Positions 19,524-28,000 of a stretch of DNA of 64,000 nt are shown here, one piece after another. A model generated the notes under the pieces. It saw only the letters and a program-made list of their open reading frames with translations, did not search any database and was not told where the DNA came from. Within the stretch, counting starts at the first letter, position 1, and each line of letters opens with the position of its first letter. Source of the stretch: an uncultured bacterium (lineage in GTDB: Bacteria > Patescibacteriota > Minisyncoccia > Phycocordibacterales > GWA1-40-21); contig CAWDSG010000002.1 of NCBI GenBank assembly GCA_963804975.1, positions 277,015-341,014 on the forward strand, read 5' to 3'. The position numbers were made by a program, and so were the translations under genes.

Positions 19524-20622
19524 ATGTCATTATCAATTGGAATTGTCGGGCTTCCGAATGTTGGCAAGAGCACGCTGTTTAACGCTCTTACGAAAAAAGC
19601 GGTGGCTTGCGAGAATTATCCTTTTTGCACCATAGATCCGTCCGTGGGCGTTGTTGCCGTACCTGATGAAAGAATTTGGAAGCTTTCAAAATTTTCAAAA
19701 TCTGCGAAAACGATTCCGGCTGCGGTTGAGTTTGTTGATATCGCCGGACTTGTAAAAGGCGCGTCGGCAGGCGAGGGGCTTGGCAATCAATTTCTCACAA
19801 ATATCAGAGAGACCGATGCTATTGCCGAAGTCGTGAGAATTTTTGAGGATGAAAATATTATTCATGTTGCAAACAAAATAGATCCGCTCTCGGATATTGA
19901 AACCATAAATCTCGAGCTCGTTCTTGCCGACCTGCAGACGGTTTCAAAAAGAATTTCAAATTTAGGAAGCGAAATAAAAAGAGGAAATAAAAATGCTGTT
20001 ATAGAAAATAGCGGGCTTACAAAAATCAAGAACTGCCCTTGAGGCAGGGAAACTTGCGAGCACAGTTGTTTTGGAAGAAAAAGAATTGGTGGAAGTAAAA
20101 AAGCTTTGCCTTCTAACAATGAAGCCGATTCTTTATGTTCTAAACAAAAAAGCCGGAGGAAAAAATCTGGACGAAACAAAGGACGAAAAATTTCAAAAGC
20201 TTTTGAAATTTTTCGCCGACACACATTCTAAATATGTGATCGTAGATGCTGGAATTGAGCAGGAACTCAAAGATCTGGAAGGAACCGACAAAAAGGAAAT
20301 GCGGGAAGGGCTTGGTGTGAAGGACGACGGTATTGATAGTTTGATTAAAGCCGGGTACGATCTGCTCGGACTCATTACATTTCTTACGACAGGAGAAGAC
20401 GAAACTCGCGCCTGGACGATTAAAAAGGGTTGGACCGCACCAGAAGCCGGCACAGCTATTCACGGAGATTTCAAGGAGAAATTTGTCCGTGCAGAAGTAA
20501 TAGAATGGAATAAACTTTTAGAAGCTGGCTCATATGCAAACGCCCGTGAAAAAGGCCTGATACGGACGGAAGGAAAGGAATATATTGTAAAAGACGGCGA
20601 CGTGATTGAATTCAAGATATGA
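19524..20622 (+). pseudogene. ychF: ribosome-binding ATPase YchF (Obg-family GTPase), interrupted by a +1 frameshift near 20030-20042
   Basis: N-terminal [23 protein letters not shown]... in frame 0 ends at TGA 20040-20042. The C-terminal part ...[37 protein letters not shown]...TGEDETRAWTIKKGWTAPEAGTAIHGDF...EFKI continues in frame +1. The two pieces together give a full-length YchF. Confidence 0.7.
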
Positions 20623-21224
20623 TGAATAAAAAAGATATTAAAGATATTCAAGAAAAATATTTGAAAGAAATTAAAATTCCTGATAAAAAACCAGCACAGC
20701 AGATTTTCTTTTGTCCGGTGGGACTTGTCGGCGCCGGCAAAACCACAGTGACAAAACCGATATCGGAGACGCTCGGGCTTGTGCGCATATCAAGTGATGA
20801 ATTGAGAAAAATCTTGAAAGAAAACGGATACGATTATAGTTTTGTCAAGAAAATAGGTTTCAAAATAGCCAGTGAATTCGCAAAAAATGGTTTCAGTGTA
20901 TCTTTTGACATGGACTGTGGCAATCTAATAACGAAAAATTTTGTGGAAAACTTAGCAAAAAAATTGCACGCAAAAATATTTTTTGTCCATATTGATACTC
21001 CGGAAGATTATATTATTGAGAGATTGAAAAGACCTGAACCGTTAGGGCTCGTCAACGATCCTCAAATTATGATAGCCAATTATTACAATCAAAAAGAAAT
21101 ACGGTTGAAACAAAACACGAAATTTGGCTTCTTTTTCACTTTTGATCATTCGCGTCCAGACATAAATAAACAAATTTCCGATTGTATAAAGAAAATAGAA
21201 AAAGTGATCAGTTCAAAAAAATGA
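20619..21224 (+). CDS. P-loop NTPase / small-molecule kinase family protein
   Basis: Walker A FFCPVGLVGAGKTTV; size and layout resemble AAA_33/zeta-like kinases. ATGA overlap with the ychF stop. Confidence 0.5.
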   Translation: MMNKKDIKDIQEKYLKEIKIPDKKPAQQIFFCPVGLVGAGKTTVTKPISETLGLVRISSDELRKILKENGYDYSFVKKIGFKIASEFAKNGFSVSFDMDCGNLITKNFVENLAKKLHAKIFFVHIDTPEDYIIERLKRPEPLGLVNDPQIMIANYYNQKEIRLKQNTKFGFFFTFDHSRPDINKQISDCIKKIEKVISSKK

Positions 21225-22396
21225 AGATGTTCCTTATCGAAAATCTTAAAAAGCGGTATCCAAATAAAAATAAAAAAGTATTTGTTGGGCTTTCGGGCGG
21301 AGTGGATAGCTCTGTTTCTGCCGCATTGCTTAAAAAACAAGGATACAATATAACGGGAGTTTTTATAAAGGTTTGGCAACCGGAATTCCTGCCTACCGGC
21401 CAGGCAGGTTTTAATTGTACTTGGCGGCAAGACAGATTGGACGCAATGCGAGTTTGCGCAAAATTAAATATTCCATTCATCACTTTGAATCTTGAAAAAG
21501 AATATAAAAAAGAAGTGGTGGATTATATGATAAATGAATATAAAGCCGGCAGAACTCCGAATCCTGATGTTATGTGCAATAAATATATAAAATTTGGCCT
21601 GCCCGGCCAGGGCGGTTTTTTTGACTGGGCAATGAAACGCGGAGCGGATTATGTTGCTACCGGTCATTATGCGCGGGTGGAAAAAATTAGCAATAAATAT
21701 CAATTGCTAGCCGGAGAAGACAAAAATAAAGACCAGTCATACTTTCTCTGGACGCTTACACAAAAGCAATTGAGTAAAACTCTTTTTCCAGTGGGCGATT
21801 TGGATAAGCCGGAAGTGCGGAAGCTTGCAAAAAAATATGGCCTAAGCACTGCAGTTAAAAAAGACAGCCAAGGACTTTGTTTTATTGGAAAAGTGGATAT
21901 GAAAGATTTTCTAAAGAATTATATAAAAGAGAAAAAAGGGAAAGTACTTGACGAAAAAGGCAAAGTGATAGGTGGGCATAACGGCGCGTTTTATCTGACA
22001 ATCGGCCAGCGCCACGGCTTTAAAATCTTGGAAAAAAACCCGAATGATTCGCCGTATTACATAATTGATAAAGACATCAAAAACAATACTATTATCGTAT
22101 CGCATAATTCTTTTAAAAAGTTAGAAAACGAATCAAAAATAGTTAAATTAAAAGATTTGAATTGGATTTTGGGAGATGAGCCGGATTTGAAGAAAAAATA
22201 TTCCGCCAGAATACGATATAGAGCTCCGCTTGAAGAATGCGAAGTTCACCATGGCGAACTTGGGAAATACGAGCTTCATTTCACAAATCCGCAAAAAGCC
22301 ATAACAGAAGGCCAATCAGCGGTTATTTATGACGCCCGTCCGAACGGTTCATCCGGGCGGGGAGAAATATGTTTGGGAGGAGGAATAATTGTGTGA
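21221..22396 (+). CDS. mnmA: tRNA-specific 2-thiouridylase MnmA
   Basis: PP-loop VFVGLSGGVDSSVSAALL, then ...EYKAGRTPNPDVMCNKYIKF...DYVATGHYAR...NKDQSYFLW...GQSAVIYD...CLGGGII. The ORF-track start at 21182 overlaps the upstream gene; ATG 21221 gives a 4-nt ATGA overlap. Confidence 0.85.
   Translation: MKMFLIENLKKRYPNKNKKVFVGLSGGVDSSVSAALLKKQGYNITGVFIKVWQPEFLPTGQAGFNCTWRQDRLDAMRVCAKLNIPFITLNLEKEYKKEVVDYMINEYKAGRTPNPDVMCNKYIKFGLPGQGGFFDWAMKRGADYVATGHYARVEKISNKYQLLAGEDKNKDQSYFLWTLTQKQLSKTLFPVGDLDKPEVRKLAKKYGLSTAVKKDSQGLCFIGKVDMKDFLKNYIKEKKGKVLDEKGKVIGGHNGAFYLTIGQRHGFKILEKNPNDSPYYIIDKDIKNNTIIVSHNSFKKLENESKIVKLKDLNWILGDEPDLKKKYSARIRYRAPLEECEVHHGELGKYELHFTNPQKAITEGQSAVIYDARPNGSSGRGEICLGGGIIV
21388..21408 (+). 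repeat. 21-nt GC-rich hairpin element CCTGCCTACCGGCCAGGCAGG, in frame within mnmA (encodes LPTGQAG)
   Basis: Exact 21-mer shared with 50527..50547 and 59063..59083; 19/21 identity with 25892..25912. 7-bp stem CCTGCCT/AGGCAGG with loop ACCGGCC. Confidence 0.85.
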
Positions 22397-22408
22397 TATT
22401 ATTATAAT

Positions 22409-23266
22409 ATGAAATCTTTTTATGTCATAAAAGAGAATGGCGAAAGAGAGCTTTTTGATTACAAAAAGCTCGAAAACTCCCTGCGAAGAATAGGCACCGA
22501 GGAAGAAGTTATAAAAACGGTTGTTTCGGATGTGGAGAAAAATGCGTTTGATGGGATTACCACCTCGGAAATATACAGGAGAGCTTATTCCATACTCCGC
22601 AAAAAACACAGGCCGGCAGCCATAAGATATTCTTTGAAAAAAGCCGTGGCAATGCTCGGACCGACCGGTTTCCCTTTTGAAAAATTCGTCGCCGAGATAT
22701 TCAAAGCGCAAGGGTACGAAACTCTCACGGACCAAGTTGTGAAAGGCAAATGCGTGGATCATGAAATAGATATTGTTGCATGGAAAAAGGACGAACTTAT
22801 TATGGTGGAAGCGAAATTCCATACCGATTTCAATCTGAAATCTGATCTGAAAATCGTGCTTTATGTAAAGGCAAGATACGACGATATTTTCGGCAACAAA
22901 TATGTTTTTGGAGGAACGGAAAGAAAACTTATGGAGGGCTGGGTGATTACAAATACAAAATTCAGCGCTACTGCCATTCAATACGGTTCATGCCAGCCGG
23001 CACTCAGGTTTGTCGGATGGAATTATCCGTACAATAACAATCTGCATCATCTGATAGAACGATACGAGCTGATACCGGTTACAGCGCTTACGACAATCAA
23101 CACTATGGAAAAAGGATTGTTTCTCTCAAGAGGAATCGTACTTTCCAAAACCCTTTTGGATATAAATCTTTTGAAAGAATTCAATTTTGACGACAAAAAA
23201 ATCAAGTCAATACAAGACGAAGTGAATGCTCTTTGCCTGCATTGCAGAAGACAATTTAAAAATTAA
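22409..23266 (+). CDS. ATP-cone domain fused to PD-(D/E)xK (Mrr-like) restriction-endonuclease-fold domain
   Basis: N-terminal YVIKENGERELFDYKKLENSLRRIG resembles the ATP-cone of NrdR/NrdD. The C-terminal FEKFVAEIFKAQGYETLT...DHEIDIVAWKKDELIMVEAKFH matches the Mrr_cat-type D...E.K core. Confidence 0.55.
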   Translation: MKSFYVIKENGERELFDYKKLENSLRRIGTEEEVIKTVVSDVEKNAFDGITTSEIYRRAYSILRKKHRPAAIRYSLKKAVAMLGPTGFPFEKFVAEIFKAQGYETLTDQVVKGKCVDHEIDIVAWKKDELIMVEAKFHTDFNLKSDLKIVLYVKARYDDIFGNKYVFGGTERKLMEGWVITNTKFSATAIQYGSCQPALRFVGWNYPYNNNLHHLIERYELIPVTALTTINTMEKGLFLSRGIVLSKTLLDINLLKEFNFDDKKIKSIQDEVNALCLHCRRQFKN

Positions 23267-23272
23267 AATTTT

Positions 23273-23863
23273 ATGTCAAAAACCGAAGAAATGCGGAAAA
23301 TAAAGGACGAGGTTTTAAATCTAAAGGATTCGCCGCTTTATAAATACAGGACAGAAAACAAATATTTTCCGGTAATAGGCGAGGGAAGCCATGATGCACA
23401 GATTATGTTCATCGGCGAAGCTCCGGGAAGAAACGAGGCGCAGACAGGCAGGCCTTTTTGCGGAGCGGCTGGAAAAATTTTAGACGAACTTTTGGCCCAC
23501 GCCGGCATTGAAAGGAAAAACGTTTATATCACGAATATTGTCAAAGACAGGCCTCAGCAAAACCGCGACCCATTGCCGGACGAAATAAAAATCTATGGGC
23601 CATTTTTAGACAGGCAGATAGAAATCATAAAACCGAAAATCATCGCTACGCTTGGCAGATATTCAATGGATTATATTATGAAGAAATTCGGGCTTAATTC
23701 CGAGCTTCAGCCGATTAGCAGAGCGCACGGCAAAATGTTTGAGGCAGAGGCAAGCTACGGGCCTATAAAAATAGCTGTCTTGTATCATCCGGCAGTCGTG
23801 GTCTATGACCGCTCAAAGATGGGCGAACTGAAAAAAGATTTTGAGATTTTAAAGAAAAAATAA
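23273..23863 (+). CDS. uracil-DNA glycosylase, family 4
   Basis: GEGSHDAQIMFIGEAPGRNEAQTGRPFCGAAGKILDELL and ...VYITNIVKDRP are family-4 UDG motifs. Confidence 0.8.
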   Translation: MSKTEEMRKIKDEVLNLKDSPLYKYRTENKYFPVIGEGSHDAQIMFIGEAPGRNEAQTGRPFCGAAGKILDELLAHAGIERKNVYITNIVKDRPQQNRDPLPDEIKIYGPFLDRQIEIIKPKIIATLGRYSMDYIMKKFGLNSELQPISRAHGKMFEAEASYGPIKIAVLYHPAVVVYDRSKMGELKKDFEILKKK

Positions 23864-23876
23864 TATAATCAGATAA

Positions 23877-24335
23877 ATGAATCAAGAAATCACATTACAG
23901 AAAATTACCGTTAATGATAATAATGTTGACACATATATTGCTTTAGAAGAAGGTGTTGTTGACAAAAAAACGTATTCGGTTATAACTGAACCCAAAAAAG
24001 TTATTGAAGAAATAGAAAATAACGAATGTTTCTTTATCAAAAAAGATGATGAAATAATCGGAAGTATTGAATATCAAATAAAAGGACCGAATCATGCTTA
24101 TATCAGTGGCATAGTAGTGAAGCCCGATTTTCAAGGCCAAGGTATTGCGCGAAAAGCACTGAATATCGTTCTCAATAATTTAAAAGATATGAAAAGGATA
24201 GATCTGGTAGCTCACCCGGATAATATAAAATCACTTAACCTATATCAATCTCTCGGCTTTGTCATTGAATCTCGCAAAGAAAACTACTACGGGGATGGGG
24301 AACCGAGGTTGATGCTGGCTAAAACGATAAAATAA
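23877..24335 (+). CDS. GNAT family N-acetyltransferase
   Basis: Acetyl-CoA binding motif VVKPDFQGQGIARKALN; 152 aa. Confidence 0.7.
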   Translation: MNQEITLQKITVNDNNVDTYIALEEGVVDKKTYSVITEPKKVIEEIENNECFFIKKDDEIIGSIEYQIKGPNHAYISGIVVKPDFQGQGIARKALNIVLNNLKDMKRIDLVAHPDNIKSLNLYQSLGFVIESRKENYYGDGEPRLMLAKTIK

Positions 24336-24365
24336 ACTTTTTTAATTTCAATTTTGTGATATATT

Positions 24366-26279
24366 TTGGTTATGTTATCAAACGAAATTCGCCAAAGATA
24401 CCTGAAATTCTTCGAAAAAAGGGGACATAAAATAATCCCTTCGGCTTCGCTTGTGCCTGAAAATGATCCTTCTTCGCTTTTTATAAGCGCCGGAATGCAG
24501 CCGCTTGTACCTTACCTTTTAGGCGCAAAACATCCTGCCGGCAAAAGGATTGTGGATGTCCAGAAATGCGTCCGTACGATAGATATAGACGAAGTTGGAA
24601 ATAATCGCCATCTGACTTTTTTTGAAATGCTTGGAAACTGGTCTCTTGGAGATTATTTCAAAAAAGAAGCGATTGAATGGAGTATGGAATTTCTGACAAG
24701 CAAGAAAGAGGGGCTCGGCCTTGATCCAAAACGCCTTTATGTAAGTGTATTCAAGGGAGAGGGCGAAATTCCGCGCGATGAAGATTCTATAAAATATTGG
24801 AAGGAAAATTTTGAAAAACATAAGATTACTGCAGATGTTGCTGGAACGGACGAAACGATAAAAAATAATGTGAGAATTATTCCTCTCGGTAAAGATGATA
24901 ATTTTTGGATTGCTGGGAATACCGGTCCGTGCGGCGGAGATACCGAAATGTTTTATGATGTCGTCGGAAAGGGAAAAGTGGAAGGAAAATTCCAAAACCT
25001 GGTAAAATCCGGCCGGATTATTGAAATTTGGAATGATGTTTTTATGGAATTCAATAAAACAGCCAACGGAAAATATGAAAAACTTGCAAAACCGAATGTA
25101 GACACCGGAATGGGACTTGAAAGAACTTCTGTGGTGATGCAAGTAAAAAATAATGTTTATGAAACGGATATTTTTGCGCCGATAATCGCCGAGATAAAAA
25201 AACTTGCGAAAAATTACAACGAAAGATATGCGAGAATAATTGCAGACCATGTCCGCGCCGCGACTTTTATGATTGCCGATGGCGTTACTCCGTCAAATAT
25301 TGAGCAGGGATATGTTCTTCGGAGATTATTGAGAAGAGCAGTCAGATGCGCGGACCAGATAAGTTTAGTTCAAGAAAATAAAACCGAGCGCAGCAATCTT
25401 TCTTATATAGCCCAACTATTTGTAGAACAGAATATGTCTGCATATCCTAATCTTGCAACCGAATCGGAAAGGATTTTCAAGGAAATCGAGGTGGAAGAGC
25501 AAAAGTTCAGAAAAACATTAAAAGATGGATTAAATGCTCTTAAAAAAATATTTAATTTGGCTATAGGAGGAGTGGATCCTGAAAATCTTCCCGCTGGAAT
25601 GAAACTTGAGGGTAATACTATTAGAGTTGATGGTAAAATGATTTTTAATATTTATCAAACTTATGGATTTCCACCAGAACTTTCGCAAGAAATAATGACT
25701 AATTGGGGATTAAAATTTGATGATGAAACTATGAGAGAATGTCAAGAATCTTTTAAAAAACACCAAGAAATTTCAAAAGCTGGTTCGGAACAAAAATTCA
25801 AAGGCGGATTGGCAAGTACCGGTGAAATGGAGACGAAATATCACACAGCTACGCATTTATTGCTCGCATCATTACGAAAAGTTCTTGGTGGCCTGCCTGC
25901 CGGTCAGGCAGGGGAAATTGTGCAGAAGGGAAGCAATATCACGGCGGAAAGGATGCGTTTTGATTTCAATTGGCCGGAAAAATTGACCGCCGAACAACTA
26001 AAAGCTGTAGAAAAACTCGTGAACGAAAAAATTACCGAGAAAATTCCCGTTCAAATGCTTGAATTGCCGAAGGAAGAAGCGAAGAAAATCGTTTCAACCC
26101 TTTCTTTTGACTTGTCCAAATACGGCGATGTTGTGAAAGTTTACAAGATAGGGGATTTCAGCGCAGAATTCTGCGGCGGCCCTCACGTCAAAAATACCGG
26201 CGAATTGGGGCATTTCAAAATCATTAAAGAAGAAGCTTCAAGTGCGGGAGTGAGAAGAATCAAAGCGGTTTTGGAATAG
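24366..26279 (+). CDS. alaS: alanine--tRNA ligase, short form lacking the C-Ala domain
   Basis: N-terminus SNEIRQRYLKFFEKRGHKIIPSASLVPENDPSSLFISAGMQP, editing-domain HxxxH/...CGGPHV motifs, end ...GVRRIKAVLE. 637 aa against about 870 aa for canonical AlaS. Confidence 0.85.
   Translation: MVMLSNEIRQRYLKFFEKRGHKIIPSASLVPENDPSSLFISAGMQPLVPYLLGAKHPAGKRIVDVQKCVRTIDIDEVGNNRHLTFFEMLGNWSLGDYFKKEAIEWSMEFLTSKKEGLGLDPKRLYVSVFKGEGEIPRDEDSIKYWKENFEKHKITADVAGTDETIKNNVRIIPLGKDDNFWIAGNTGPCGGDTEMFYDVVGKGKVEGKFQNLVKSGRIIEIWNDVFMEFNKTANGKYEKLAKPNVDTGMGLERTSVVMQVKNNVYETDIFAPIIAEIKKLAKNYNERYARIIADHVRAATFMIADGVTPSNIEQGYVLRRLLRRAVRCADQISLVQENKTERSNLSYIAQLFVEQNMSAYPNLATESERIFKEIEVEEQKFRKTLKDGLNALKKIFNLAIGGVDPENLPAGMKLEGNTIRVDGKMIFNIYQTYGFPPELSQEIMTNWGLKFDDETMRECQESFKKHQEISKAGSEQKFKGGLASTGEMETKYHTATHLLLASLRKVLGGLPAGQAGEIVQKGSNITAERMRFDFNWPEKLTAEQLKAVEKLVNEKITEKIPVQMLELPKEEAKKIVSTLSFDLSKYGDVVKVYKIGDFSAEFCGGPHVKNTGELGHFKIIKEEASSAGVRRIKAVLE
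25892..25912 (+). repeat. variant copy of the 21-nt hairpin element (CCTGCCTGCCGGTCAGGCAGG), in frame in alaS (LPAGQAG)
   Basis: Two substitutions relative to the other copies; they extend the stem to 8 bp (CCTGCCTG/CAGGCAGG) with loop CCGGT. Confidence 0.8.
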
Positions 26280-26304
26280 TAAGACAGATTGAAGATTTAT
26301 AAAC

Positions 26305-26342
26305 TAAAAAGCGTTTTGTCTTTACAGACAAAACGCTTTTAA
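26305..26342. terminator. bidirectional rho-independent terminator between alaS(+) and 26343..26711(-)
   Basis: aaaaAGCGTTTTGTCtttacaGACAAAACGCTtttaa, with an A-run upstream and a T-run downstream. Confidence 0.65.
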
Positions 26343-26711
26343 TTATTTTTCTACAATCGAAGCCCAAACAAAGCATTTTTCCTGATCGTAATAAAAATTG
26401 AAAAATCCTTTTTTTCCCAATAATTCGTAAAGAGGCTTGGATTTATTATTATTTTCCATTTCGTAAATAATCATATTGCCGCCATAGTTGTCGCAAATAA
26501 AAACAAGAAAAGATATTCCGGTTTCCGATATATTTACAACTTTATGGATTCCTCTTAGATCAGAAAGGTTTTTTGGTTTGCCTGTGCCGTTTTTCTGACC
26601 TATTTTATAAGCTATAACGAAAAGAATAAGAGCTATTAGAAGAACAAAAACGAACATGTTATTCCTCCTTTCTAAAAATTTTTGTAATTGAACCTGTTTA
26701 ATTTTTAACAA
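26343..26711 (-). CDS. small membrane-anchored hypothetical protein
   Basis: N-terminal TM MFVFVLLIALILFVIAYKI; 122 aa. Confidence 0.45.
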   Translation of the reverse strand: MLKIKQVQLQKFLERRNNMFVFVLLIALILFVIAYKIGQKNGTGKPKNLSDLRGIHKVVNISETGISFLVFICDNYGGNMIIYEMENNNKSKPLYELLGKKGFFNFYYDQEKCFVWASIVEK

Positions 26712-26809
26712 ATAATTTAAAATTTGTCAATACAAATAGAAAAAATGATCAAATAAAACATTTTAATTTTATGGACTTTCAACTTTATATTGGTATAATA
26801 TAGCTATAT

Positions 26810-27970
26810 ATGAGTTTTTTTTCTTTCAAAAAGAAACCTGCTTTATCTTTTGTTTTTGATATTCGCGATTCTTCTATTGCCCTTGCTGTCGCCAGAATAG
26901 AAGCATGCGAGAAACCGGAGCTTGTTTTTTGCCATAATTTCCAGATTAAAATCCAAGATACAAGCGACCATCAAAAATATCTCTCTTCTATGCTTGCTAC
27001 ATTTGACCATGCGGTTCTTTCTGCCAGAAAAACACTGATAAAGACCGGCAATGCGGAAAAAATAGAAAAGCATTTCTTTTTTGTCGGTTCCCCATGGAGT
27101 GTTTCTCAAAGCAAGATGATAAAAGTGGCAAAAGACAGGCCGTTTGAGGTCAATAATAGTTTTTTGAAAAAAATAATTACAGATGAAGAAACAAGGGATG
27201 AAAATGAGATGGCGCAAATTTCAGGCGAGGGCGATTGGCGGGTGCTTGAAGAAAAAGTGATCCGGACAAAGCTCAATGGCTACGCGATCGAAAAAATATT
27301 CGGCAAGAAAACAGCCGATTTTGAAGCGGAATTATTCGTTTCCTTCATTCCGCATGAAGTGCAGAATAAAATAAATTCTTTTGCGGACATAAAACTCAAA
27401 AATGGCACGTTCAGACACGCGGGTTCGCCCATACTTTCCTCATATTCATATTTACGGGATGCGTATCCGGAGAAAAGCGATTTTATTTATCTGGATATGG
27501 GAAATTATTTAACGGATGTTTATATCGTCAAAGACAATATTATTTTCGCGATTGCATCGTTTCCTTCCGGCGAGAAAGAAATCCTGAAATCTGCCGCAAA
27601 AAGCGCAAAAACATCTGAGCATCTCGTATCTTCGGCTGCCAATATTTTACGCGATAATAATTATGATGCCGCTGAAAAAAAGAAATTCAAAGACAGCATA
27701 AATCCTGGGATAGAGGCATGGTCAGCCAAACTGAGCGATTTATTATCGAAAATCTGCAAAAATTCCAATATTCCGAGAGATTTATTCATTGTTCCAAAAA
27801 GCGAATTTTCAGAATTCATAATCGGCAATCTAAGCAAAAAAGAGAACGGATTGAAAATACGGATTGTGGAGGAGCAGTCAATGAGTGATCAGATTACGAA
27901 CGGCAAGATGTTTTTAAATGAACAATATGTTAAAATGGATATGATATTCTTAGCTAAAAATATGAGATAG
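26810..27970 (+). CDS. hypothetical protein; possible actin-like ATPase fold (PilM/FtsA-like)
   Basis: SFVFDIRDSSIALAVARIE and FIYLDMGNYLTDVYIVKDNIIFAIASFPSGEKEI resemble the phosphate-1 and phosphate-2 regions of PilM/FtsA-like proteins. Weak, not verified. Confidence 0.3.
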   Translation: MSFFSFKKKPALSFVFDIRDSSIALAVARIEACEKPELVFCHNFQIKIQDTSDHQKYLSSMLATFDHAVLSARKTLIKTGNAEKIEKHFFFVGSPWSVSQSKMIKVAKDRPFEVNNSFLKKIITDEETRDENEMAQISGEGDWRVLEEKVIRTKLNGYAIEKIFGKKTADFEAELFVSFIPHEVQNKINSFADIKLKNGTFRHAGSPILSSYSYLRDAYPEKSDFIYLDMGNYLTDVYIVKDNIIFAIASFPSGEKEILKSAAKSAKTSEHLVSSAANILRDNNYDAAEKKKFKDSINPGIEAWSAKLSDLLSKICKNSNIPRDLFIVPKSEFSEFIIGNLSKKENGLKIRIVEEQSMSDQITNGKMFLNEQYVKMDMIFLAKNMR

Positions 27971-28000
27971 GAATTTATTTATTTTTTAAATTTAATTATT

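Noticed and set aside
19524-20622. Two separate small GTPase genes instead of one ychF
   Set aside because: The two ORFs match the N- and C-terminal halves of YchF in order and are joined by a single +1 frame change. That makes one interrupted gene far more parsimonious.
21388-21408. LPTG in LPTGQAG as a sortase LPXTG sorting signal
   Set aside because: The motif is L-P-T-G with no residue between P and T, so it is not LPXTG. It lies internally in cytoplasmic enzymes with no following hydrophobic segment or charged tail.
22349-22981. 210-aa minus-strand ORF overlapping the ATP-cone/nuclease gene
   Set aside because: It is fully antisense to a well-supported + strand CDS and has low-complexity composition. 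It is a typical shadow ORF in AT-rich DNA. The same applies to 12410..12892(-), 16145..16504(-), 24519..25250(-), 46126..46554(-), 33469..33921(-) and the many 60-150 aa ORFs nested in rpoB, rpoC, dnaG and the giant gene.
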